Source of the DNA: Octopus sinensis
Lineage: Eukaryota
Direction: 5' to 3'
Length of the DNA stretch: 64,000 nucleotides
NCBI RefSeq assembly: GCF_006345805.1
Contig: NC_042997.1
Coordinates: 153,326,001-153,390,000, forward strand
The notes under the pieces were generated by a model. It saw only the letters and a list, made by a program, of their open reading frames with translations, did not search any database and had not been told where the DNA came from. The translations under genes and the position numbers were made by a program. Shown here piece after piece: positions 1 through 12,223 of this stretch (its first letter is position 1; every line of letters starts with the position of its first letter).

Positions 1-10
1 ATTCACCAAT

Positions 11-52
<42 letters not shown>

Positions 53-125
53 TATATATATTATATATATATATATATAAGATATATATATATATATAGA
101 TAATAGATATTATATATTATATATA

Positions 126-524
126 GGAGTGGCTGTGTTGGTAAGTATCTTGCTTCCCAACCACATGGTTCCGGGTTCAGTCCCACTGCATGGCACCTTG
201 GGCAAGTGTCTTCTACTATATCCTCGGGCCGACCAAATCCTTATGAGTTGATTTGGTAGACGGAAACTGAAAGAACCCCGTCGTATATATGCATATATTT
301 ATGTGTGTGTGTGAGGTTGTGTGTTTGTGTCTGTCCCCACGACATCGCTTGACAACCGATGCTGGTGTGCTTACGTCCCCATAACCTAGCGGTTCGGCAA
401 GAGAGACCGATAGAATAAGTACTAGGCTTACAAAGAATAAGTCCTGGGGCCGATTTTCTCGACTAAAGGCGGTACTCCAGCATGGTCACAGTCAAATGAC
501 TGAAAGAAGTAAAAGAGTAAAGAG
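126..524 (+). mobile_element. tRNA-derived SINE, family S1 (internal TA/TG microsatellite, CORE-like segment)
   Basis: Head ggagtggctgtgttggtaag...ggttcagtccc, then accttgggcaagtgtcttc and ggtagacggaaactgaaagaa, tail ggcggtactccagcatgg...cagtcaaatgactg. Homologous copies at 13.3, 14.5, 21.3, 23.9, 26.5 and 52.6 kb. Confidence 0.9.
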
Positions 525-925
525 GAAAGTGTATATATATATATATAAGGCACGTGCCGTCAGATTCTACTCAGAGTTGGCAGATGGTGACCTTTATGTA
601 GTAAAACAAAAAATAGGTGAAATACAGGCGCACGACTGAGTTGCAGGCAGATTTACTTCTGCCTATATAGCACGTAGGGAAAACAGTTTTGTAGGATTGT
701 ACGCAGCACGTGTAGTACAACAGTACAATGATTGAAAAACCCGGGCGAATTATGCCTACCTAATCTAGAAATGAAAATAGGCATATATTGCATTTTATGC
801 ATAGTATTAATAGTAACCTTCATAATTTTTTGAATTAGATGCATATTTTGCCATAAAAGGAAAATGTTGCTATTGATTATTTTATTCAAGATACGCACTG
901 CCTTACCTTACCTACCAAAGATATT

Positions 926-961
<36 letters not shown>

Positions 962-1039
962 ATATATACACTGCTTTATTTTGAGATTGCTAATAATAAA
1001 ATACAGACTGGAGTTATAGGGCTCCAAGTGAGCTATATT

Positions 1040-1450
1040 CCGCTTATTAATCTGAATGGAGGCAATGCAAGCGGAAACTACATGAGCATACTTAAAAACC
1101 ACTCTCAAAATCAAATATATACACGTATTCTTCTATATTTATAAAACGGATATGAATCTTCCAAAGATATAAATATAAAACTACCTATAAATAGAAAATA
1201 TCCATATGATATATAAAACAGGGAATTTTAGATTTAAAAGTTATAATACATTCGTGTAATACGTTCGTGTCTTTTATATATCATCACGATATTTTCTATT
1301 TCTATTTATTTTTATTTTTATGTACTTGGAATTATTATATCCGTTTTATAAATGTAGAAGAATATATGTATATATTTGATTTTGATTGTGGTTATTAATC
1401 ATGTTCCTCTAGTTTCCGCTTGCATTGCCTCCATTCAGATTATTAAGCGG
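1040..1450. repeat. Foldback element with ~165-bp imperfect inverted arms
   Basis: ccgcttattaatctgaatggaggcaatgcaagcggaaacta... (from 1040) is the reverse complement of ...tagtttccgcttgcattgcctccattcagattattaagcgg (to 1450); similarity runs inward to about 1205/1290. Confidence 0.85.
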
Positions 1451-1456
1451 TATGCA

Positions 1457-1458
<2 letters not shown>

Positions 1459-1538
<80 letters not shown>

Positions 1539-1871
1539 ACATATAATATATATACATATATATATACATATATATATATATACAATATATATATATACAT
1601 ATATATATATACATATATATACATATATATATATACATATATATATACATATATATATATACCTGTATATATATACATATATATTATATATACATATATA
1701 TATATACATATATATATATACATATATATATATATACATATATATATATACATATATATATTTATACATATATATATACATATATATATGTATATACATA
1801 TACATATATATTTATACATATATATACATATATACATATGTATATAATATATATATATATACATATATTAC

Positions 1872-1904
<33 letters not shown>

Positions 1905-1947
1905 CATATATACATATATATACATATATATATATACATATATATAC

Positions 1948-1978
<31 letters not shown>

Positions 1979-2004
1979 CATATATATATACATATAATAT
2001 ATAC

Positions 2005-2035
<31 letters not shown>

Positions 2036-2378
2036 ATATATATATTATATAAACTATATATATATATACATATATATATAACATACATATATATATACAT
2101 ATATATACATATATATATATTACATATATATATATACATATATATATATAACATATAATATATACAATATATATATATATACATATATATATACATATAT
2201 ATATACATATATATATATACATATATATATATATACATATTATATATAACATATATATACATATATATATACATATATATACATGTATATATATATTATA
2301 CATATATTATATATATATATTATATATATATATATATTATACATATATATATATACATATACATATATATACATATAC

Positions 2379-2442
<64 letters not shown>

Positions 2443-2599
2443 ACATATACATATATTATATACATATATATATATAATACATATATATATATACATAATA
2501 TATATATATACATATATAATATATATATATATACATATATATAATATATATATATTAAATATATATAATATATATATTATTATTATATATACATATCTA

Positions 2600-2632
<33 letters not shown>

Positions 2633-2661
2633 TATATACATATTATATATATACATATATC

Positions 2662-2729
<68 letters not shown>

Positions 2730-2748
2730 CATATAATATATATATTAC

Positions 2749-2783
<35 letters not shown>

Positions 2784-2808
2784 CATATAATATATATATA
2801 TATATACA

Positions 2809-2864
<56 letters not shown>

Positions 2865-2867
2865 TAT

Positions 2868-2914
<47 letters not shown>

Positions 2915-2940
2915 TAGATAATATATATATACATATTATA
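1459..2940. repeat. (TA)n/(TACA)n compound microsatellite
   Basis: Direct reading; source of the YI/MYI-repeat ORFs. Confidence 0.98.
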
Positions 2941-2943
2941 TTA

Positions 2944-3004
2944 AATTAGAGACAACCACTATTATGCAAATCAATGATTTGCATAATAGTGGTTGTCTCT
3001 AATT
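2944..3004. repeat. Perfect palindrome, 30-bp arms with 1-nt spacer
   Basis: aattagagacaaccactattatgcaaatca-a-tgatttgcataatagtggttgtctctaatt. Confidence 0.95.
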
Positions 3005-3088
3005 AATATAATATAATATTTTACTATAAAATTGGATTCAATCCTAAATCTGATTTTTGCCTGTAAGTTTGATTTATTCCCTAATTTT

Positions 3089-3158
<70 letters not shown>

Positions 3159-3247
3159 TGATTGATTGATTGATTGATTCTAGTTTCAGCTTATGAGCTG
3201 TGGCCATGCTGGGGCACCGCCATTTGGTGTTGCTACTTGGTTTCACT

Positions 3248-6233
3248 TCATGGAGGCTTTCTAGCAACTGCTATTTGGTGCATGAGAGAGTTCGATGCAG
3301 CTGCCCTCATCTGCCCCTCCTGCCGTGAAGTTGGTTCATCTGGGACACCTGACAGGAAGAGATCCAGCTTCATTTTAAAGACATCTGTATCCACCCCATG
3401 CAGGTCTCTCAGGTTCTTCGGGAGGATATTGAAGAGCTGTGGGCCTCGGAAGCCCAGGCTATCACAGAATCTTGTCCTACATCTTGATGGCAGGTTTGGA
3501 GTCCTAGGCACCACGCAGTGGCGCCCAGTTCTGGCATTTGCGTAACTCTCGATGCCAAAGTTCAGGACACTTCCCTCCAGGATCTTCCAGATGTATATTA
3601 TGGCATATCTTTCCCGCCTACGCTCCAGGGAATATAATTTTAATCTCTTGAGTCTTTCCAGTAGCTTACATTCTGCATAGAGGCTATCTTCTTTGTGTAG
3701 CTTCGTTGGGTTCGCCTCAAGTTCTGTGATCAACTTGACACTGGATGGTGACCATAGCTGAGAGCAATAGTCAAAGTGGCTTAGGACAAGTGTCTTCCAG
3801 AGGACCATCATGGTTTCTTGTTCTCTTGTTCTAAAGGTTCTAAGAATCCATCCAGCCAGCCGTCTACATTTCAGTGTCAGTTTAGCAACATGTACATGAA
3901 AGGTCGCGTCATCACTCATGTGAATACCCAGGTCACGCACTGATTGTGCCTCTGGGATTGCAATCCCTCCGGGTCCAGTGTATTCATTGGGTATTGCATT
4001 CAGTTTTGCATGCTGATAGTATAAAGCTTGAAACTTTCCAGCATTGAACTGCATGCTATCTTTTCAGCCCACTTGTATATTTCGTCCAGCTCACATTGCA
4101 GGTGTTTAGTGTCCTCAGGGTTCTGTATTGCCTGTGTGAAACTTTTGTATCATCTGCATAACTTGTGATCGTGGCTCTCTGCGTGGCTGAGGGCATGTCT
4201 GAGAGGGCCATTATGAACAGTAGTGGTCCCAGAACAGTGCCCTGCGGAACACCGCTCACTATTTGTGTGTTAATGGAGGTGGCCCCATTGGCTACTACCA
4301 CCTGACTTCTATCCTTCAGAAAGTCATGAAGCCATTCTCCCAGTTTTCCAACTATGTTGAGATCACGCAGTTTGTGACATATCATTCCATGATCGACTTC
4401 ATCAAAGGCCTTGCAAAGTCGAGATATATCACTTCCACATTTGAGTGGTTGAGCAGCCGTTTCAGCACCCAGTCATAGTGTTGTAGGAGCTGAGAGTTAA
4501 ACAGCTTCTCCTGGTCGGAAACCATGTTGGGTGTCGGGCAGCAAGTCATTCTCTTCAAGGAAGGTGATCAGCTTCCTTCTGACTATTCGTTCCATGACCT
4601 TGCTGATGTGTGAGGTCAGAGAGATAGGTCTATAGTTCTTGGCTTCCGCTCTGCTACCTCCTTTATGAATGGGGCATATTTTACCTTCCTTCAGTTTTCC
4701 TGGAAGTTTGCCAGCTGCAAGGAAGCTCTGAAAGAGGAACTGCAGTGGTCTTGCTAGGACTCTCTTACATGCCTTTAGGAGGACTGCCGGGAATCCATCG
4801 GGGCCAGCAGCTGAGTCTGTTTTCATTTCATCTATAGCCTTGGTTACATCTTCTTCCTTTATATCGATGTAATCTATCGTCGCCGCCTCTGATTTTATAT
4901 CTGCAGTGTTAAAAAAGTCAGTTGGATTGGTGATTTGGAGATGCCCAAGGGGTGGAGTGAAAACACTCTTGAATTGCTCATTCAGTATTTCACTTACCCT
5001 CATTGGTTTTCCTGTAAGTGTGCCATCCTTTTCGAGGAGTGGCCCTATTCTACAGTGCACTGTAGCTGTTTCTTTGGCATACCCGTAGAAAGCTCTGGGG
5101 TTAGATTTTATGTTTTCTATAGCCCAGGCTTCTCTGTCTGCTGCTCTTTCTTTTTCATGGGAGAGTTGCAGACATTTTTCGATTTCCAACAGTTTTATTT
5201 TTAGGCGGGACTTTTCACTGCTTTCAATCTGTTTGTTTAGGCGATTTGAAAATTTCGTACGCCGTCTCATTAAAATTTTCCTCTCTCTGGGGTTTTTGTT
5301 CTTGTGTACAGTGGCCTTTCTCTCTGGGACACATTTGTAGCATATGGCTTGCATTACAGACATGAATTGTTGAAGTTTCACGTCGATGTCTGGCGAGGAG
5401 AGACATTTAGGCCAGTTTTGTTTGAGGATCTCTTTCTCAATTTGTTTCCAGTTTGCCTTATGGTAGTTCAAGCTGGAAAGATTTTGAGGTTTCTTGTAGG
5501 CTGCATGTCCGTGCTCTCTTTTGGCCCATACATGGTCAGCTCTATCATGTTGTGATCCGAGAGTAGTGTCGGTGTCACTTTCACATTATGGATGAGATCC
5601 ATGTCATTTGTGAAGCAGAGATCCAGTGTGTTTCCTGCCCTGGTTGGTTGGAGTATTACCTGCTCCATGTACAGGAGGGACCTCGCCTGTCCTCGTTCAC
5701 ATCTTGTCATTCCTGGGAGAGAAAGGCCCTCGGGCCATCTGACATTGGGCAGATTGAAGTCTCCCATAAGAAGCACACCTATGTGTTGTTCTAATGTGGT
5801 TAGAATTTCTTCTATTTTTATAAGGCAGTCTTCAAACTTGCCCACATGGCTTGGGTCATCTGGAGGGCGATATGTAGCACACACAACTACATCAAGTTGC
5901 CTAATATGTACAATTAGTGTGTCACACACACCGAGTTTGAGTATGACAAGAGGACCTGGGGTGTGAGGTCCTCACGGATGTACATAGCAACACCTCCATG
6001 ACTCCTTCTTTCCTGTCGGTCCGTAGTACAGCATACTGTGGTATGTGTAACTCCGCATCTGCTGCTATGTCCGGTTTCAGGTGCGTTTCTGTAAGTGCTA
6101 TGCATAAGGCTTGATTGCATGCAACAAAGTCTCTCAGGAACGGGATCTTTGTCCTGTTACTGAGTGTTTGCAGTCCTCTGATGTTCAGTAGGAGTATCGA
6201 GGTGAGGTGTACGTTGTTGCCGGCGGTGTCCAT
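3248..6233 (-). pseudogene. LINE-A ORF2 (AP endonuclease + reverse transcriptase), frameshifted
   Basis: Fragments: LLLNIRGL..ALTETHL and YRPPD..LMGDFNLP..NTLDLCF..SDHNMI (EN); NYRPISLTS, QHGFRPG, GVPQGTVLGPLLF, YADDTK (RT); LERRRERY..GPQLFNILP..VPDEP (C-terminus). ATG of MDTAGNN at 6233. Confidence 0.93.
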
Positions 6234-7094
6234 CCTGTGTCTGTTTGCTGTGGTGGTCTGGTATATAGTGGGTAGTCCCACCTGCGGGCTTGGTTTGATG
6301 AAGCCAGGTCAGCTGCTGTACAATCTTTTGTGCCATGCACAAAAAAGATTGTTGCTCAGCAGCTGCTCTTTCGACATCATGTTGGCTGTTTGTGGCGCGC
6401 ACAACATCTGCGTACCTCCGCTTTGGGGCAGGTGGTGCGTGGTCCATCCCTTTTCTTTGTGTTGATGGTTTGTCCATCTGCCTCGTGTCTCTGTGGCAGG
6501 GTCCCCGATGTGCAAAGCGGCAGCCTGCACCTTCCTTTCCATGCCAGCAGGAACCTCTCAGGTAGAACATACACACACCCGTGTGCGCTGTTTGGTTCCA
6601 TCCTTTGCGGTTCCACTTCTATTTCTGGTTGTTTCACTCTTTGGTCCTGCTTGAGCTTTTTCTTTTCCTTTAGCTCTTCCAGTCCTTCTTTTAGTTCTTC
6701 TTCTTCCTCCCTCTACCTCTTCACCGGTTCTCCGTCTCCATGGCCCTTGCTGCCGGTTGGAGAACTTGCACCTGGGTTCACTTCCCGGGCAGGTTTCTCA
6801 TTCAAAAACTCCTCCCGGGCGTCCACCAGGTGGGGGTGACTTCTTTCATCGTCTCCATTCTTGCATCTTTGCTCCGCTCGTTCTCAAAGATGGCATCAAG
6901 TGCGCCAATGTGCGACCGTACAAGCGCATATGAGCGCACGAATTCCTGTCTCTTTCGCTCCATCTGAGCCGCTGTCCTCTTGTAGCCTCTGCTCTTCAGC
7001 GCAGCCGCAATCACCTCCCTAGGGCTATCTCCGCCGGCGCACTCCCATGCTCGTACAAATAAATCCAGCTCGTCACGTCTCATGCTCTGGACAT
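6157..7094 (-). pseudogene. LINE-A ORF1: Myb/SANT trihelix-like N-terminus, charged coiled-coil-like middle, CCCH-type zinc finger; frameshifted
   Basis: 6802-7083 reads DELDLFVRAW..VIAAALKSRGYKRTAAQMERKRQEFVRSY; next frame REEEEELKEGLEELKEKKKLKQ; 6508-6573 CMFYLRGSCWHGKEGAGCRFAH (C-x7-C-x8-C-x3-H). The 3' end overlaps the ORF2 start. Confidence 0.75.
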
Positions 7095-7154
7095 GCTGGA
7101 TAATCCGTCTATCCGTTTATCTATCTAATTATGTTCGAGAGAAGACAGGAAGAT

Positions 7155-8150
7155 ATTAAGGCTAATTAGAAGATAGAGTACTTGAAAAAGAAATATTAAC
7201 AATATTAAAGTTTGTGTAAAAACGTTATTTGGGTAAACGTTATTTAATCTTAAGGCTAATTAGGGGATAGAGTATCTGAAAATGTATTAGCAATATTAAT
7301 ATTATATTAGAGTGTGGATAAAATTTGTTTAAAATCTTAAGGCTAATTAGGAGATAGAGTATCTGAAAATATATTAGCAATATTAATATTATATTAGAGT
7401 GTGGGTAATATTAAACGTTATTTATTTAATCTTAAGGCTAATTAGAAGACAGAGTATCTGAAAAATTATATATACAATATTAAGCAATATTAACCGTTAT
7501 TTAATTTAATCTTAAGGCTAATTAGACATTATTAATATTAAACGTTATTTAATTAATCTAAGGCTAATTAGAAGATAGAGTATCTGAAAATATATTAGCA
7601 ATATTATATTATATTAGAGTGTGGATAAAAACGTTATTTAATCTTAAGGCTAATCAGGAGATAGAGTATCTGAAAATATATTAGCAATGTTAATATTATA
7701 TTAGAGTGTGGGTAATATTAAACGTTATTTATTTAATCTTAAGGCTAATTAGAAGATAGAGTATCTGAAGAATTATTAACAATATTAAACAATATTAAAC
7801 GTTATTTAATTAATCTTAAGGCTAATTAACATAATTATTAACAATATTAAACAATTAAACGTTATTTAATTTAATCCTAAGGCTAATTAGACGTTTTTAA
7901 TATTAAACGTTATTTAATTTAATCTTAAGGCTAATTAGAAGATAGAGTATCTGAAAAATTATTAACAATATTAAGACAATATTAAACGTTATTTAATTTA
8001 ATCTTAAGGCTAATTAACAATAATTATTAACAATATTAAACAATATTAAACGTTATTTAATTTAATCCTAAGGCTAATTTGACGGTATCAATATTAAACG
8101 TTATTTAATTTAATCTTAAGGCTAATTAGAAGATAGAGTATCTGGAAAAT
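7155..8150 (-). repeat. Modular tandem array upstream of LINE-A ORF1 (14 core units, period 46-95 bp)
   Basis: Core aaggctaat starts at about 7158, 7252, 7339, 7434, 7514, 7560, 7646, 7741, 7818, 7879, 7927, 8006, 8070 and 8118. Confidence 0.92.
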
Positions 8151-8617
8151 TATTATATCGAGAACAGTTATTGATAATGTAAACAAAACAAAATGCCGAT
8201 CGCAACTTTAACTAAGATGTGGGCCTAAGTGAAAGATAAAATAGAATAATAAATAAAATATTAAATAAAATATGAAATAGATGAAATTGATACTTAATCC
8301 AACAATGTGGTCTGGATTATTTTTTTTTTGGTTTACGGGATTTTTTTCAGGAGAGATGCTTCTTTTTTCTTTCTTGCAGGAGATAACTTGATTCAGTTAT
8401 TTTTGCACCATGTGCGTTTCGGCGAAAATGAAAATGACTGTGTATATGTATGTATTTATATATATATTTTTTAAAATATTTTTAACCAAAGTGTTGTAGT
8501 GATCTCTGTGACTTAGAGTTTTACGTTTTGCAACTACAGTGGGTTATTTCGCCGTTCTATGCAAACTTTTTCACAGAGCAAAGGCAATCACGTCTTTCTC
8601 TGCTGACAACGGAACCG

Positions 8618-8634
8618 GATATATATATATATAC

Positions 8635-8691
<57 letters not shown>

Positions 8692-8828
8692 CATATATGT
8701 ATATATATATATACATATACATATATATATATACATATATATATATACATATACATATATATATACATATATATATATACATATACATATATATATATAC
8801 GTATATATACATATATATACATATACAT
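8618..8828. repeat. (TA)n/(TACA)n microsatellite
   Basis: Direct reading. Confidence 0.97.
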
Positions 8829-10790
8829 ACTTTGATACTTTGATACTTTGATAGGTTTCGGCCATTATTGTCCCAGGCCATGTCTAACTTAATAGCACCA
8901 CCTGGTGAAGTCTTTCAAGTCAGAATTTGGGCACTATGGCCCACTCAAGTAGAGAGTTATTGTTTACAGAGACATATCCGGGTGTAGGGGGTTTATCCGG
9001 GATTACTTGAAGGAATCTGTCCAAAGACTTCTTGAACCCTATAGGGTCAGTTTCTGTTTTAATGTGTTTTGGTGTAATGTTAAAGAGAGCGGGGCCAATT
9101 GAGGTGAAATAATTGTGCCGTATTGTTGTTATGAGATGAGAGTGCGATTTTTGTTTTGGGCGGATGGCACGGGGCCCAAGCCTTGGATGTACCTTGAAGG
9201 TGATGCCAACATCATTTCGGCAATGCTGATGGAATATTTTCCACATCATGCAGATGATGTAGCGCTCACGACGACGTTGGAGAGAATAGAGTTTTAGCTT
9301 TTCTAGTCGACCCCAATAGTCGAGGCCTGTCATGCCATCTATCTTTTTTGTGATTGCCCTTTGAGGTGCTTCAACTTTTATGATACCTTCTATTGTGTGG
9401 GGAGACCACAGTGGACAACAGTATTCAAGGTGGGGTCGGGCAAAAGTGGAGAAGAGAAGGATAATGGTGTGGATATCTCTCGACTGGAAAGTTCTGAGAA
9501 TCCAGGAACACATTCTGCGGGCCATGTCAACTTGGTGTTTATATGAGTGGCCCAGCTTATGTTGTTGTCCACAATTACTCCCAGGTCTCTGATGTTGTTG
9601 GACGCCGCGAGAGTTTCACCTGAAGGAACAGAGTATGGGAGTTTCAGGGCATCCTCTTTTCCAAAGTGGATTAGCTCAAATTTATCCTCGTTCAGCAGCA
9701 TATTGTTTTTTTCTGCCCATTGGATAACAGCCAGTAGATCTGACTGAAGGCATGTCGGTCACTCGCCTCATTTATGACCTTCTGTAGCTTGGAGTCATCT
9801 GCAAAGATTTTTATGCTTGCTGTGCTTGATGATGTCATTAATGTCATTAATGTAAATGATGAAAAGAAGTGGGCCCAGCACAGTGCCTTGCGGAACGCCA
9901 CTACTGACTTTGGCTGGGCTTGATTTTACCCCTTCAACTACAACGTGTTGAGATCTGTCAGTCAGGAAACACTTGATCCATTTCAGTAACTTTCCAGAGA
10001 CACCAATGTTGGATAGGTTTTTCAATAGGATCTTGTGATCGACCCTGTCGAAGGCCTTACTGAAATCAAGGTAGATGACATCGGTGTTGGAGCACTCTCC
10101 CAAAGCTCTCAAAATGTCCTCAAAGTGATGCAGGAGCTGCGTTAGGCAGTCCCTTCCATTACGGAACCCATGTTGGTTGGAGATCAGCCGTCTGTTGCTT
10201 TCCAGAAATTGGGTTATTCGAGATCTCACCACCCTCTCAAATACCTTGATGATATGAGAGGTGAGTGAGATCGGACGGTAATTCACTGCAAGGGACTTGT
10301 TTCCCTTTTTGAAAACTGGGACAACAGACTGGGACAGAGGGTTTTTTGGAATATAGCCAGCATCCAGTGAGTTTCTCCACAGATTAGCAAGGGGAGATGC
10401 AAGTTGGTGTCGACACACCTTCAGGACACAGGCAGGGAACCTATCGGGGCCTACTGCTGAATTGTGTTTTATTTCGTTTATCGCCGCTAAGACATCAGGG
10501 GCACTAAACGTTATGTCCGATATAGTGTGTTGGGGGTTGACATCACTGATACAGCCCAGATCGGCCATATCAGGATTGCTGAAAACAGAGCAGTATTGTT
10601 TCTGCAGTATCTCGGCCATGGATTTGGCATTATCTTGGAGAGTGCCAGTTTCGTCAATTAGAGGGCCTACAGTGGAGACAGTGACCCTGCGTTTCCTCGC
10701 AATTGGAAAGAACACTTTGGGGTTGAGTTTGATTTTTTCAATGGCCCACTTCTCCTCAGCTGATCTTTGGTTATTGATGAGGGTCTTCAT
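8829..10790 (-). mobile_element. LINE-B copy 1: 5'-truncated CR1-group LINE (RT + C-terminal region, frameshifted)
   Basis: NYRPISLTSHIIK, QHGFRNG, YLDFSKAFDRVDH, GVPQGTVLGPLLF, FADDSK, YSLQRRRERY, IPDKP; 3' tail (GTATCAAA)n at 8829-8853. Confidence 0.93.
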
Positions 10791-11154
10791 ATACATATAT
10801 ATATATATACATATATATACATATACATATATATACATATATATACATATATATATACATATATATATACATATATATACAATATATATATACATATATA
10901 TACATATACATATACATAATTATATAACATATATATATACATATATATATACATATATATACATATATGTATATATACATATTTATATATACATATATAT
11001 ATACCTATATATATATATATACATATATTTATATATACATATATATATACATATATTTATATATACATATATGTATACCTATATATATATATATATACAT
11101 ATATTTGTATATACATATATATATATACATATATTATATATACATATATATATA

Positions 11155-11198
<44 letters not shown>

Positions 11199-11284
11199 TT
11201 TATATATACATATATTTATATATACATATATATATACATATATTTATATACATATATTTATATACATATATATATACATATATT

Positions 11285-11358
<74 letters not shown>

Positions 11359-11364
11359 TATATA
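10791..11364. repeat. (TA)n/(TACA)n microsatellite
   Basis: Direct reading. Confidence 0.97.
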
Positions 11365-12080
11365 CATGAGTGATGATACCTCTTTCCAAGTGCACATTAC
11401 CAGGATGGCGACAAAGTGCAGACGACTGGCTGGGTGGATCCTAAGAACATTCAGAACCAGACATAAGGAAACCATGATGGTCCTTTGTGCGGACATTCGT
11501 CCTCAGCCGCCTGGGTTACTGCTCACAGCTATGGTCACTCACCAGTGTAAAATTAACAGCGGACCTTGAAGCAATCCAGAGAAGATTCACAAAGAAGATT
11601 GTCTCTTTGCAACAGCTCAGCTACTGGGAAACGTTGAAACAGCTAAGACTCTACTCCCTGGAGAGAAGACAGGAGAGGTATGAAGTAATATATGTCTGGA
11701 AGATCCTGGAAGATATTGTGCCAAATTTTGGCATTGTAAGCTACACCAATGCTAGAACGGGACGACACTGCATAGTGCCAAAGATCCCAGCAATGCCATC
11801 ACGCTTCAGGACCAGCTTCTGCAACAGCCTGGGTTTCAAGGGCCCACAGCTTTTTAATATTCTCCCAAAGAGTCTGAGGAACTTGCACAAAGTAGATGTA
11901 GCGGTTTTTAAATCGAAGCTGGAGATCTTCCTGTCGAGAGTCCCAGCTGAACCTACCTCACGGCAAGAGGTGCAAATGAGAGTAGCTATATCAAACTCCA
12001 TTCTTCATCAAGTGCCACATATTAGACGAGGTGCATCAACATGGCTGCAGCTCGGAATGAAACTGGAGAAAAAATAATAA
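11365..12080 (+). mobile_element. 3' fragment of a LINE-A-related element
   Basis: [55 protein letters not shown] closely parallels LINE-A 3248-3950; the 3' end caacatggctgcagctc..gaaactgg resembles the LINE-A terminus. Confidence 0.92.
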
Positions 12081-12162
12081 ATATATATATATATATATAT
12101 ATATTTGTACTAAACAATTGTACTAAACTACCGATCCACTCTTGTTGCTTATTATTTTTTGG

Positions 12163-12221
<59 letters not shown>

Positions 12222-12223
12222 GT

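Larger units (their letters stand above)
3159..8215 (-). mobile_element. LINE-A: near full-length CR1-group non-LTR retrotransposon (degenerate copy)
   Basis: On the minus strand: 5' repeat array, ORF1, overlapping ORF2 (APE endonuclease, RT, C-terminal region), short 3' UTR with stem-loop and (CAAT)n tail at 3159-3180. The 5' boundary is uncertain. Confidence 0.88.

Noticed and set aside
1425-2934. Many long YI/MYI-repeat ORFs (also at 8.5, 10.5-11.5, 19.2, 41.2-42.1 and 46 kb)
   Set aside because: They are translations of (TA)/(TACA)/(TG) microsatellites, which lack stop codons in several frames.
3174-6839. Plus-strand ORFs over LINE-A and alternative-frame ORFs in the Tx1 copy (e.g. 43150-43695, 44001-44411)
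   Set aside because: Antisense or off-frame shadows of GC-richer retroelement coding sequence.
7155-8150. CRISPR-like look (constant core plus variable spacers)
   Set aside because: Spacers are reshuffled copies of a few modules rather than unique sequences; the context is eukaryotic and there are no cas genes.
9795-10895. 366-aa ORF with a novel N-terminus fused to RT
   Set aside because: The first ~35 aa are microsatellite read-through into a 5'-truncated LINE.
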